Positions 39,802 through 51,253 of a DNA stretch of 64,000 bases are shown one piece after another. Every line of letters begins with the position of its first letter. The first letter of the stretch is position 1. A program made the translations under genes and the position numbers. This DNA is from a virus (taxonomy: Duplodnaviria > Caudoviricetes): positions 72,133 through 136,132 of the IMG/VR virus record IMGVR_UViG_3300035510_000286. One strand, given 5' to 3'. The notes below the pieces were generated by a model. The model did not search any database, was not told the DNA's origin, and saw only the letters and a program-made list of their open reading frames with translations.

Positions 39802-40062
39802 ATGGATTTAGATAAATTTGTTTAGATGCTTAACTCGCATCTCTGCCTAGAAAATAAATTTACAGTTCAAGAATTCACTGATTTATTGAGCGAGTATGAA
39901 GCAGAAGGCGGTAAATCAGACGCTTTGCTTCTATCTTTATATTATATTATAATGGCTATAGACAATAGAAGTGCTAATAATGTTGCTTATTGGAAAGGAA
40001 GAGCAGAAGCATATTAGACTATTTTAGAACAATTCTTTGACCAAAATGATATGATGATGTAA
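39802..40062 (+). CDS. hypothetical protein (two TAG read as Gln)
   Basis: RBS ggagg; contains ORF-track fragment 39826..40017. Confidence 0.6.
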
Positions 40063-40075
40063 AGGAGAATATATT

Positions 40076-40237
40076 ATGGGTGTTGAATATAAGATGTCTA
40101 AGGAAACTTATGAAGGTATCCTGAAAACTCGCAAGAGTGAAACTGAAAAGCGCAAGAATCCTAAGGATTATGTCATTGATTATCTGAATAAAACTGCTGG
40201 AATTAAGGGAGAAATTACCAATCTGATTGTCGGCTAA
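40076..40237 (+). CDS. small basic hypothetical protein
   Basis: RBS aaggag; MGVEYKMSKE... Confidence 0.65.
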   Translation: MGVEYKMSKETYEGILKTRKSETEKRKNPKDYVIDYLNKTAGIKGEITNLIVG

Positions 40238-40240
40238 ACT

Positions 40241-41350
40241 ATGGCTGGATATTATAATAAGGATACAATAAAAAGCCAACTAGAAATCGAACAAATATAC
40301 GATTTATTGGTACAGCTTGGTGGAGAACCCGAATATGTAGAAACTGGATTAATTTCTCAGACTATATGTCATAATCGACCTGGAGAAGGTTCCCGCAAGT
40401 TGTATTATTATGAAAATAGTAAACTTTTTAATTGTTATTCAGGTTGTGAAGAACCTAGTTTTGATGTGTTTCAACTTGTTATTAAAACTGCTAAGATTCA
40501 AAGAAATTTAGACTATGAACTATATGATGCAATGTGTTATATAGCTGATTTCTTTGGACTTGCGGAGGCTCCTAGACCGAAGGAGTATAATAACGAGTTA
40601 AAAGACTGGAAAATCTTTGATAGATATGACTATTCTACCGAGAAAACTCAATTAGTACAGCTTAAGGAATATGATAAGTCTATTCTTAATAGATTTAATT
40701 ATCCTAGAATCTTAAATTGGGAAGCAGAAGGAATAAGTAAAGAAATCTGTAAAAAATATATGATAGGCTACTATCCCACGCATGAGCAAATTACAATTCC
40801 ACATTTTGATATTTCTGGTAGATTAGTCGGGATACGCGGCCGCAGCTTGGCGGAAGATGATGCTAACCGATATGGCAAATATAGACCTCTTACTATAGAT
40901 GGTAAGACTTATAGTCACGCATTATCTATGAATCTATACAACCTTAACTTTAGCTTTAAGGCGATTCAGACCGCCAAGGCCGCAATCGTGTATGAAAGCG
41001 AAAAAAGCTGTATGAAATCAAGATGCTTGTATGGGGACTCTGATATTTCTGTTGCTTGTTGCGGCAGTAGCTTATCGGCATATCAAGTCGAGATGCTATT
41101 ACAACTTGGGGTTAGAGAAATCATTATTGCTTTTGACCGGCAGTTTCAAGAGATTGGCGACGAAGAATTTAAACGTCTAAAGCATAAGCTAATAGGATTT
41201 CATAACAAGTATAAGAATCGAGTCAAAATTACTTGTATCTTTGATAAAGGTATGCTTACAGACTACAAAGATTCCCCTATCGACCAAGGTAAAAGTATTT
41301 TTGAAGAATTACTAAATAATAGATTTATACCCACAAACAAAAATGATTAA
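40241..41350 (+). CDS. dnaG: DNA primase (zinc finger + TOPRIM)
   Basis: ICH..CYSGC, IPH..GRLVGIRGR, YESEKS, AFD. Confidence 0.85.
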   Translation: MAGYYNKDTIKSQLEIEQIYDLLVQLGGEPEYVETGLISQTICHNRPGEGSRKLYYYENSKLFNCYSGCEEPSFDVFQLVIKTAKIQRNLDYELYDAMCYIADFFGLAEAPRPKEYNNELKDWKIFDRYDYSTEKTQLVQLKEYDKSILNRFNYPRILNWEAEGISKEICKKYMIGYYPTHEQITIPHFDISGRLVGIRGRSLAEDDANRYGKYRPLTIDGKTYSHALSMNLYNLNFSFKAIQTAKAAIVYESEKSCMKSRCLYGDSDISVACCGSSLSAYQVEMLLQLGVREIIIAFDRQFQEIGDEEFKRLKHKLIGFHNKYKNRVKITCIFDKGMLTDYKDSPIDQGKSIFEELLNNRFIPTNKND

Positions 41351-41404
41351 TTTATTTAAGAGTTTTTTAAAATAAATTGTGGTGTTTTGGAAGGAGAGAC
41401 AAGA

Positions 41405-43147
41405 TTGAAGTATTAGCTAATAAATCCAATAAATAAAGAATATACACCAATCGTTTAGGTATTAACAAATCGAGGAATTGAATATGATGAAGTTTCTCAT
41501 TATCTAAACACCACAGATGAAGATATTTATTCTTCTCTTCTGCTTGATAGAATTGATGAAGCTGCTAAAATGTTAGTAAAGCATTTAGCTGATGATAAAC
41601 TGATTTATGTGATTGTTGACGCTGATTGTGATGGTTTCACTTCATCTGCTATCTTGCTAAATTATTTACATGAGTGGATGCCAAGTATAGTTGAATCTAA
41701 GTTTTATTATGTATTTCATCCCGGCAAGCAACATGGTATTGATGTTTCTTAGATTAAAGAAGGAACTGGCCTAGTGATTGCCGCCGACTCTAGTAGTAAT
41801 GAAGTTGAAATTCATAAGGAACTTTTTGAGCAAGGTATTGATGTACTTATACTGGATCACCACCACGCAGACAGTATTTCAGAATACGCTTGCGTAGTTA
41901 ATAATCAACTTTGTGATTATCCTACTAAATCTCTTTCGGGCGCTGGAATTGTTTACAAATTCTGTCAATATTTGGATACGCTCCGAGAAGAAAATAAAGC
42001 TGATTTACAGCTTGATTTAACTATGTTAGGCATCACCGCTGATATGATGTCGCTACGAGACATGGAAACCCGCCAGATTATTTCAAAAGGAATCGCATAG
42101 ATTCGTAATCCATTTCTGGCTGGTATGGTAGAGAAGAATGAATACTCAATAGGAAGTGCAGTTACTCCAATAGGAATCGCATTTTATGTGGCTCCTTACG
42201 TTAATGCAATTACGAGAGTGGGAACATTAGAAGAGAAAATAACTTTATTTGAATCTATGCTTGAATGGAAAGCATATGAGGAAATACCATCTACTAAACG
42301 TGGATGTAAAGGTTTGTTTGAATCTAGGGTTGAACAAGCTATTAGGACCTGCATTAACGTGAAAAATAGGCAGACAAGACTTAGAGATGATAGCTTAGAA
42401 GCAATAGAAAATAAGATTGAAGAAGAGAAGCTACTAGATAAAAAACTTCTTATTATTAAATTAGATAATATTTCAGTTGATCGTTCTATTGCCGGATTAA
42501 TAGCAAATTAGCTAATGTCTAAGTACCAAAGACCTACAGCTATTCTTAGTCCTTATGAATCAGAAGAAGGATTAAAGTGGGAAGGTTCTGCTAGAGGCTA
42601 CGATAAATCTCAATTAAAAGATTTTAGAACCTTTTGTGAAGATTCCAATTTAGTCTATCTTGCGCAAGGACACGCAAATGCTTTTGGATTAGGTATCCTT
42701 GATTCTAATTTTGAAGCATTTATGGAATATGCTGAAAAGGAATTAGAAGATATAGAGTTTGAACCTTCATATCGAGTTGACTATATTTTTTCTGCCAATG
42801 ATTTTAATTCCGCTATGATTCTTGATATTGCAAGTTTAAAACCTTGGTGGGGCCAAGATATTGACGAAGCCTATGTAGCAATAGAAGGAATTAAAGTGAC
42901 AAGAGATAATTTATATCTGATGTCGCGTGATAAAAATCCCACTTTAAAGATAAATTTACCGAATGGAGTTAGCTGCATTAAATTTAAGTCAAGTGAGGAA
43001 GAGTTTAATAAACTATTCTCTGAATCCGGTTGTGTTGTTATCAATGTCGTAGGTAAATGTGAAGCAAATGTATGGAATGACATGGTAACACCCTAGATTA
43101 TCATTGAGAATTATGATATTATGGAAACTCAGCAATTTTATTTTTAA
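41405..43147 (+). CDS. recJ: RecJ-like ssDNA exonuclease, DHH family (6 TAG read as Gln)
   Basis: DADCDG, LDHH, SGAG, GSARG, QGH; four ORF-track fragments join in one frame; TTG start MKYQL. Confidence 0.9.
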
Positions 43148-43219
43148 TCTCAATAGCGCAACCGACTTAAACGAATAAGGGATAAACCCTTAAACATTTA
43201 AGAAAGGAAGCAAATTTAA

Positions 43220-43984
43220 ATGAAACGCTTTATTACAGTATTTTTATGTTTGGTGATTGCGGCCGGAGCTTGTGTGAGCGCAGGAGCTGCCTATGGTATT
43301 GAATATAATGGAACTACTTATACTTATAGTGACATTAATAATCTCGCTTCTATGGCATATACGCAAGGCCAGAAAATGGAAGCGGCACACGCTATGGCAG
43401 AGGCCGCCCGCAAGTTAGGCTATGATGAATCTCATTCTACTATTGTTTTAGCGAAACAAGAATATAATGACGCTAAGGCTTTGAAGAAGGGATACCAAAC
43501 AACTTATGATTCTTTAGTAGCTGATTATAATAGCCGTTGGTCTTTAAAGGAATCTCAATATCCTTCTGCTACTTATGTTTGGAGATATTTAACTGAGACT
43601 CTGGGATATAATAACTACGTCGCCGCAGGAATTATGGGTAATATGATGGGCGAGTGTGGTGGAGGCACTTTAAATCTCAAGTATTGGGTTACTAGTAGCA
43701 GTGGTAGCTATTATGGTCTTTGCCAGTGGTCGAGAGGTTACTCTGGAGTTTGGGGCGCTTCATTAGAAGGGCAGTGCGCTTTTTTAGCTAATACAATTTC
43801 TTACGAGCTAAATACTTATGGTAGAGCTTATGCAAGCGGTTTTAATTATTCTAAATTCTTGAATTTAACTAATGAACAGCAAGCAGCTAAAGCCTTCTTT
43901 AAGTGTTATGAGCGAGGAGCAGCTAGTACTTGCTCAGCTCGTATGAAGTATGCAACAATAGCTTATAATTATTTTGCAGCTTAA
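43220..43984 (+). CDS. secreted cell-wall hydrolase (phage tail lysozyme-like domain)
   Basis: Signal peptide; AAGIMGNMMGEC..YGLCQW..FFKCYER. Confidence 0.75.
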   Translation: MKRFITVFLCLVIAAGACVSAGAAYGIEYNGTTYTYSDINNLASMAYTQGQKMEAAHAMAEAARKLGYDESHSTIVLAKQEYNDAKALKKGYQTTYDSLVADYNSRWSLKESQYPSATYVWRYLTETLGYNNYVAAGIMGNMMGECGGGTLNLKYWVTSSSGSYYGLCQWSRGYSGVWGASLEGQCAFLANTISYELNTYGRAYASGFNYSKFLNLTNEQQAAKAFFKCYERGAASTCSARMKYATIAYNYFAA

Positions 43985-44169
43985 TATTAAGGGACTAGGA
44001 AACTAGTCCCTTTTATTTTTTATCTAGGGTAACAGGTATATCGGGGCGCATACAGTAGTTAAATCCATAAACCTCAGATTAAAAATGGCTTAGGGAAATT
44101 TTTACCCAAAATTGTAATAAATTACTTTATATGATATAATATTTATATGAAATAAAGGAGATTTTAATT

Positions 44170-44376
44170 ATGGATTTTAGAGAAGTAGAAAATAAGATTA
44201 AAGGTTATGGGTTTGACAGCTTATGCTTGAGATACAGAATCGCACGAGAAGCACAAGCTAGATATGAAGCCCATAATCTATATAATGGAGATATGGAGGC
44301 TTCTATGCGTGTAGCTCGCCAAGATATGTTAAAATTTTTCCAGATTCTTGATGATTTAGTTGGGGAGCATGACTAA
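44170..44376 (+). CDS. hypothetical protein
   Basis: ORF track, promoter and RBS. Confidence 0.65.
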   Translation: MDFREVENKIKGYGFDSLCLRYRIAREAQARYEAHNLYNGDMEASMRVARQDMLKFFQILDDLVGEHD

Positions 44377-44586
44377 ATGAAAAGTAGAAAAAGAAAAGCA
44401 ACAGCAGACGATTATGCAATGTTTACGTATGAATGGATCAACCATATAGCTGGAGAAGAGGGCTATAAAGCTTATTGCTCACTTTTAGAGGGAAAAATTA
44501 ATTATGAACAATTTGATGAATATTTAAATATGGCAATAGATAGAAAAGAAAGGAGGGAGAAACTAAACCATGGTTCTAGTCACTAA
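44377..44586 (+). CDS. hypothetical protein
   Basis: ORF track. Confidence 0.6.
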   Translation: MKSRKRKATADDYAMFTYEWINHIAGEEGYKAYCSLLEGKINYEQFDEYLNMAIDRKERREKLNHGSSH

Positions 44587-45781
44587 ACAAGAAGAAGGTT
44601 TAAAGATCGCTGTAGCCAGATATAGAGCAGGAGAAAGATATACTTGCATATCTGGTTACGCCTGAACTGGAACGGGGAAGTCAACCTTGGTTAAATTCAT
44701 TATCGCAGCATTGAATTTAGACCCGGAAAGCGTGGCTTATATTTCTTTCACTGGTAAAGCTGCTCAAGTTCTAAGACAAAAAGGTAATCCTAATGCCACA
44801 ACCGCACATAAGCTACTTTATTTTTCTAAGAGAATGAAAGATGGTAGATATGCTTTTATCCCTCGAAAGTCTATAGATAATTATAAACTTATTGTCGTAG
44901 ACGAGGTTTCTATGCTACCTAAAAAAATGTGGGATTTACTTCTATCGCATCATAAATACGTAATAGCTCTAGGGGATCCTGAGCAACTTCCTCCTATAGA
45001 TAAGACACAAGATAATCATGTTCTTGATACGCCTCATGTTTTTTTGGATGAAGTGATGCGACAAGCAAAAGGAAGTGAAATTGTGCGGTTGTCCATGTGG
45101 ATAAGAGAAAATAAGCCAGTTAGTATGTTTCCTTTTGCAGGAGAAGAAGTACAGTATTTTAAAGCAAAAGACTTAAGTATGGGTATGTTACTTTGGGCCG
45201 ACCAGATTTTATGTGCTACTAATAAAACCAGAAATCTACTTAATAGTACTGTGCGGGAGGCGCTAGGTTATGGGCCTCTACCCGACGAGAAAGATAAACT
45301 TATATGTCTACATAACCATTGGGACTATGAATCTGCGTCTGGCGAATGGGCACTTACTAATGGAGTTATCGGTAGGATAGAGAACTATAATATAGTTACA
45401 GAGCGGTCTCCAACTTTTAGAAATCTTGATTCTAAGAATGTAGATATTATGTATACTGATATTTTATTAGAAGATGGAGATAGATTTGTTAATTGTCCTA
45501 TTGATTATAATTGTTTGCTTACTGGACAACCAGCTTTTACTCCTAAAGAATTATATATTCTAAATAAGAACAAGCCTAAAGACGAAGATATGCCTTGTTT
45601 TACTCCTCCTTATGAGTTCGCTTATGGGTATTCAATGACGACTTGGAAGGCGCAGGGGTCCCAGTGGAATAAGGTTACCGTACTAGAAGAAGGATTTCCT
45701 TATGATAAAGATGAGCATCGTCGCTGGTTGTATACTAGTTGTACGCGTGCAAGTAAGCGTCTTACCTTGATTGGTCAGTGA
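44570..45781 (+). CDS. SF1B helicase (RecD2/Dda-like) with an in-frame TGA in Walker A at 44663
   Basis: ISGYA*TGTGKST, SFTGKAA, VDEVSM, GDPEQLPP, KAQGSQW, YTSCTRA. Confidence 0.75.
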
Positions 45782-45835
45782 TTTGAACTTCATAGAAAAA
45801 TATGATATTATATCTATAGAAAGGATGTGAAAGGT

Positions 45836-48800
45836 ATGGATTACCCTGGCAGTTTGCATAATCATACTGGATATAGTAATCTTCGACTTAGAGATTCTAT
45901 CATTATGCCAGAAGAATTAATTGATTATGCTATCGAGTTAGGACATGAAGTAGTCGCTATTACTGAGCATGAATGTATTAGTAACGCAGTAAAAGTAGAA
46001 AAATATTATGAAAAAATTAAGAAAACACATCCTGATTTTAAAGTAATTCTTGGAAATGAAATCTATCTATGCCGAAACGGATTAAAAGCTCAAAATTTTG
46101 ATAAAACCTCTGACAAATACTGGCATTTTATTCTTTTGGCAAAAGACGCTATCGGTCATCAGCAGATTAGAGAAATTTCAACGAGAGCTTGGATGCGTTC
46201 TTACATGACAGGCCGCACAAGACGAGTTCCTACATATTATAGCGACTTAGAAGAAATCATTGGCCAGAATAAAGGACATATTATCGGGAGTACTGCCTGC
46301 TTAGGTGGAGTTCTACCTACCCAAATCCTAAAGTGGAAAGAACTTCCTACCGATGAGCTGTATTCCAAAATCTGCCATTGGTGTCAAAATATGGAAATGC
46401 TCTTCGGAAAAGGAAATTTCTTTCTTGAACTTCAACCTTCTGCTTCCGAAGAACAAACGTTTGTAAATCGAGAATTGATTACTCTATCTGAAAAGTTAGA
46501 TATTCCTTATATCATAACAACAGATAGTCATTATCTCAAGAACGAAGATAGATACGTCCATAAAGCTTACTTAAATTCTGAGGATGGTGAGCGAGAAGTT
46601 GATGCTTTTTATGCTACGACTTATATGATGGATACAGAAGAATTAGAGTCTCGCCTCGCTTTAACAAAAGAAGAGTTAGAAAAAGCTTACTCAAATATCC
46701 GCAAGATTAAAGATATTTGTGAAGATTATAGTTTGCGGAAACCGCTTAAAATTCCTGAGCTGGCTTGGAAGATACCAGAATACGTGTCAACCGCAGATAA
46801 GGATTTCTATATTAAGAAAATTCCTTATTTATTTGAATTCATTGCTTCTGATTATGAAGGCGATAAAATACTCGCAAATGTTATTATTCAAGCAATTAAA
46901 AAGGAAATTACTTATCAAAATCAAGAAACTTATGACGCTGTAAATGAATGTTTGCAGATGACATGGGATTCTTCTATTGTTAATAAAACGCATTGGAGCG
47001 CATATTATCTAAATCTGCAAAAGATTATTGATACTGTGTGGGAAGCTGGAAGTCTAGTTGGACCAGGCAGAGGCTCGGGTGTTGGCTTTATCCTACTGAA
47101 TATGATGGGGATCACCCAGATAAACCCATTGCGCGAAACCACTAAAACTTTCGCTTGGAGATTAACCTATAGGTTTAAAGGTCTCCTAAGTATGGTGACA
47201 TACTTATAAAAAACCTCGTGAACGCATGAAAAAGCGGTGTGAAATTATGCTAAATAATTTTGCTAACGGTGGACAGTTTTAATTAAACTCAATACCGTGC
47301 TTTTTACTTTCTATTGAGTAGTCAAAGGAAAGTAAGGAGTGTATCGACTATTCCTGATGAGTGTAAGGAAGTAGGGTAGATTTTATCACTATCCGAAGCG
47401 CGAGGACTCTCCTTTATTTTCCTTAATATAAGGAGGAAGATAAAATGGGATATATTTATAAAATTACAAATTTAATTAATCAAAAAGTCTATATAGGTTA
47501 GACCGTTAAAACGGTAGAAAAAAGATTTTAGCAGCATAAAAGTAATAGTAATAAAGAATATTTTTCTCAAATAGTTTTATATAAAGCATTTAACAAATAT
47601 GGAATTAATAATTTTAAATGCGAAAAAGTTGAAGAAGTTGATAATCAATATTTAGATGAAAGAGAAAAATATTGGATAGAATATTATGATAGTTATTTTA
47701 ATGGTTATAATAGCACTTTAGGCGGACGAACAGTTCAATTATATAATTGGGATATAGATGATATTATTGAAAAATATATGAAATTAAAATCTGCTAGAAA
47801 AGTGGCTTTAGAGATTGGATGCGACCATTCTTCGATTGACAGAATCTTAAATGAAAATGGAATTAAACGTTTTACTCCAGGATAGCAACAATCTAAACCA
47901 TTATTTTTAATTGATAAAAATAATAATACCTATGAATTTGAAACCACAAGAGAAGCTGCTGAATGGTTAATTAAAAACAAATATACTAAAATGACCAATC
48001 TAAATTCTGTAAGGCAAGAAATATGCGACAGAATTAGGAAAGGTAAAAAGTATTTAGGATTTTAGGTGTTTTATAAAGGAGAGTAAGATATAGTCAGCTC
48101 CACTGGCGACAGTGGAATAAGTGTTTTAAATCCTAGCCGAGTTTCTGTGTTGGATGTAGATATAGATGTCGAGGGATCTCGTCGTCAAGATATTTTAAAT
48201 AAGCTTAGAGAAGTTTATGGTGAAAATAGAGTAGCTAATGTTATTACTTTCGGTACAGAAAAGCCTAAAGCGGCTATCCTGACGGCCGCACGAGGCTTGG
48301 GTATAGACGTTGAGGATGCCCAATATATTTCTTCTCTTGTTCCAGAAGATAGAGGAATATCCAGAACTCTTCATCAATGTTATTATGGAGATAAAGATAA
48401 CGATTATGCTCCAGTAAAGCCTTTTGTAGATGAAATGAACGCAAGACCAGAGCTTTGGAAAATTGCAAGAAGTATAGAAGGTTTACCTTGTAGAATGGGA
48501 GTTCATGCCGGCGGGGTTATTTTCGTCGATGAACCATTTACGAATACAACTTCTTTAATGCGCGCTCCTGATGGAACTATAGTTACAGCTTTTGACCTGC
48601 ACGATAGTGAGGAGTGTAGTCTTATTAAATATGATTTGTTGAGCGTTGAAGCTGAAGATAAAATCCATATTTGTCTTGACCTATTATGCGATGCTGGAAT
48701 AATTGAACGTAAAGCCACTCTTAAAGAAACTTATGAATCCACTGTTGGTATTTACAATCTTGAAAGAGATGACCCTGAAATGTGGAAAATGGTATGGAAT

Positions 48801-50645
48801 CATCAAGTTATTTCGCTATTTCAGATGGAGAAACAAAGTGGTATTCAGGGTATTGCTCTTACTAAGCCTAAAAGCGTTGAGGATTTAGCTCACCTTAATT
48901 CTGTAATTCGTCTTATGGCTCAAGAAAAAGGTGGAGAACAACCTCTTCATAAATTTGCAAGGTTTAAGAATGATATTACTCAATGGTATGAGGAAATGGA
49001 TGAATATGGTTTAACCAGACAAGAGCAAGATTTGCTAAAGCCATATCTTTTAAGCTCGTATGGGATTGCAGAATCCCAAGAATCATTCATGCAGCTAGTT
49101 CAGATTCCCGAATGTGGTGGATTTGACTTAAACTGGAGTGATCGTCTCCGCAAGAGTATTGCAAAGAAAAATCCAGCCGAGTTTGAAAAGCTGGAAGAAG
49201 AATATTTTGAACAAGTTAAAGAGAAGAATTTAAGTAAGAATCTCTGCAACTATGTTTGGAAGGTTTTAGTCTCCACTAGCCGAGGTTATGGGTTCAACTT
49301 ATCTCACACACTCGCTTATTCACTCGTGGCTCTCCAAGAAATGAATTTAGCTTATAAATATCCTACAATCTATTGGAATTGCGCTTGCTTAATTAATGAT
49401 AGTGGTTCAGTAGGAGAAGATAGTTCTAGTAATTATGATAAAATGGCTAGTGCTATTGGCAAGATGAAAGAAGCAGGAGTCCAAGTTAGTTTACCTGATA
49501 TCAATAATTCTAGTTTTGGCTTTGTTCCTAATGCCGAAGAAAATAAAATTTACTTTGGGTTAAAGGGAATAGCAAATGTAAATGATGGGTTAGCTAATCA
49601 AATTATCGAAAATCGACCTTATAATTCTATGTTGGATTTCTATTATAGAGTTAATCCTAATCGTAAAGTTATGGTTGAATTGATTAAAGGCGGAGTTTTT
49701 GATAGCCTAGGACCTCGTTACCGCACAATGGTAGAATATATCTGGGAAACTTGTGATAAGAAAAAACGTATCACGATGCAGAATTATTCTAGTCTGCGGA
49801 AATACGATCTGATTCCGCAGGATAGCGAGGAATTTGTGATTTCGTCTCGGGTGTATGAATTTAATAGATACTTAAAAGATACTTGCAAAGTTGGAGAATA
49901 TTATCAGCTTGACGAAAGAGCGGTTAATTTCTTAGTATCCACTAATATTTTAGATGGCATCCCCGTGGGTTATTTAATGCCGGTTAAAGATTGGAATAAA
50001 ACCTACCAAAAATATATGGATGTTTTTAGAAATTGGATGGCGGAAAATCAAGAAGAAATTTTGGATGCTCTGAATACTTCCATATTTTTACAGGATTGGG
50101 AAAAATATGCAACCGGCAATTTGTCCGCATGGGAAATGGAAGCTGTGTGTTTCTACGCGCATGAGCACGAGCTCGCGCACGTTAATAAATTTAAATATGG
50201 TTTGTCTGATTTTTATTCTTTACCAGAAGAGCCTGTGGTTAAAGATGTGATTAAACGAGGAGATTTTACAATTCCTATCTATAAGTTAAATTGCATCTGC
50301 GGGACTTGTATTGCAAAGAATAAAGCAAAAGGAACTGTGACTCTACTGACTACTGATGGCGTTGTACCTGTCAAATTCCGCAAAGAATATTTTGCTTTAT
50401 TTGATAAACGTATTTCTCAACGTAGAGAAGATGGAACTAAAAAGATAGTTGAATCTAGTTGGTTCAAGCGCGGTGAGAAGATTCTGGTTAGTGGAATCAG
50501 AAGAGGAAATGAATTTGTCGCTAAGAAGTATGCTTCCGGTGGATTAGAGCATCAGCTTTATCACATTGATTCTATTGATGCAGAAGGTAACTTAGAACTT
50601 AGAAGTGAAAGGTATAAAGGGGAGGAAGAACAAGATGATGATTAA
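45836..50645 (+). CDS. dnaE: DNA polymerase III alpha (DnaE-like); exons 45836-47162 and 48124-50645
   Basis: PHP domain LHNHTGYS, GPGRGSG, spliced WR-FLNPSRVSVLDVDID, GVHAGG, YGFNLSH. Confidence 0.93.
47163..48123 (+). mobile_element. group I intron (in dnaE) with GIY-YIG homing endonuclease gene
   Basis: P1 ggagat/gtctcc; gtatcgacta...agatatagtc; terminal G restores the frame. Confidence 0.88.
47445..48086 (+). CDS. intron-encoded GIY-YIG homing endonuclease (4 TAG read as Gln; absent from the ORF track)
   Basis: MGYIYKITNLINQKVYIG(Q)T; RBS aggagg. Confidence 0.85.
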
Positions 50646-51198
50646 AGTAATTGCGATTTGCGGGAAAGCAGGTTCTGGGAAGGATGCAATCTTGAATGAA
50701 CTCGCTAAGCTGTCTAATAGCTTTCATAAGATTATTAGCTATACTACTCGACCTATCCGGGAAGGAGAGAAAGAAGGCGAGAATTATTTTTATCTAACTA
50801 ACGAGCAATTTCAAACTGCCATTTCTTCTGGTGAAATGCTAGAATGGACTAGATTTAATAACTGGAACTATGGTACTAGCATTGAAGAACTCGACGAAGA
50901 TAAAATCAACATTGGAGTTTTTAATCCTTATGGAATCTATAATCTAAGTAAAAATCCTAATGTCAAGCTTAGTATCTATAAAATTAACTGCTCTGATAAG
51001 ACTAGACTTCTTAGACAGCTTAATAGAGAAAATAATCCTGATGTGAAGGAGATTATTCGCAGGTTTTCCGCAGATGAAGAAGATTTCCTCTTTCTGTCTA
51101 ATTCTGATGTATCCGGTATTATTCCCATTGAAAATGAAGGAGTTACACCTCTTGCTTCCGCACTGAAAATTGCTGAGCAGGCAAATGTAATTAAGTGA
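50635..51198 (+). CDS. gmk: guanylate kinase-like protein
   Basis: GKAGSGKD, YTTRPIREGE.EG..Y, YGT. Confidence 0.85.
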   Translation: MMIKVIAICGKAGSGKDAILNELAKLSNSFHKIISYTTRPIREGEKEGENYFYLTNEQFQTAISSGEMLEWTRFNNWNYGTSIEELDEDKINIGVFNPYGIYNLSKNPNVKLSIYKINCSDKTRLLRQLNRENNPDVKEIIRRFSADEEDFLFLSNSDVSGIIPIENEGVTPLASALKIAEQANVIK

Positions 51199-51253
51199 CT
51201 TATATGATTTTTTAAAGTATAATATAACTTATAGAAAGCAAAGGTGATTAACT

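Noticed and set aside
41405-43147. RecJ, PhoH, endolysin, RuvC-like and RT genes as pseudogenes
   Set aside because: All interruptions are in-frame TAG with no frameshifts and fall at Gln positions, so recoding explains them
43150-43215. Riboswitch upstream of the cell-wall hydrolase
   Set aside because: Only a short hairpin; no recognisable c-di-AMP or c-di-GMP consensus
44663-44665. General TGA reassignment or selenocysteine
   Set aside because: TGA is used as a normal stop in many genes here, and this one site is better explained as a 6-nt insertion
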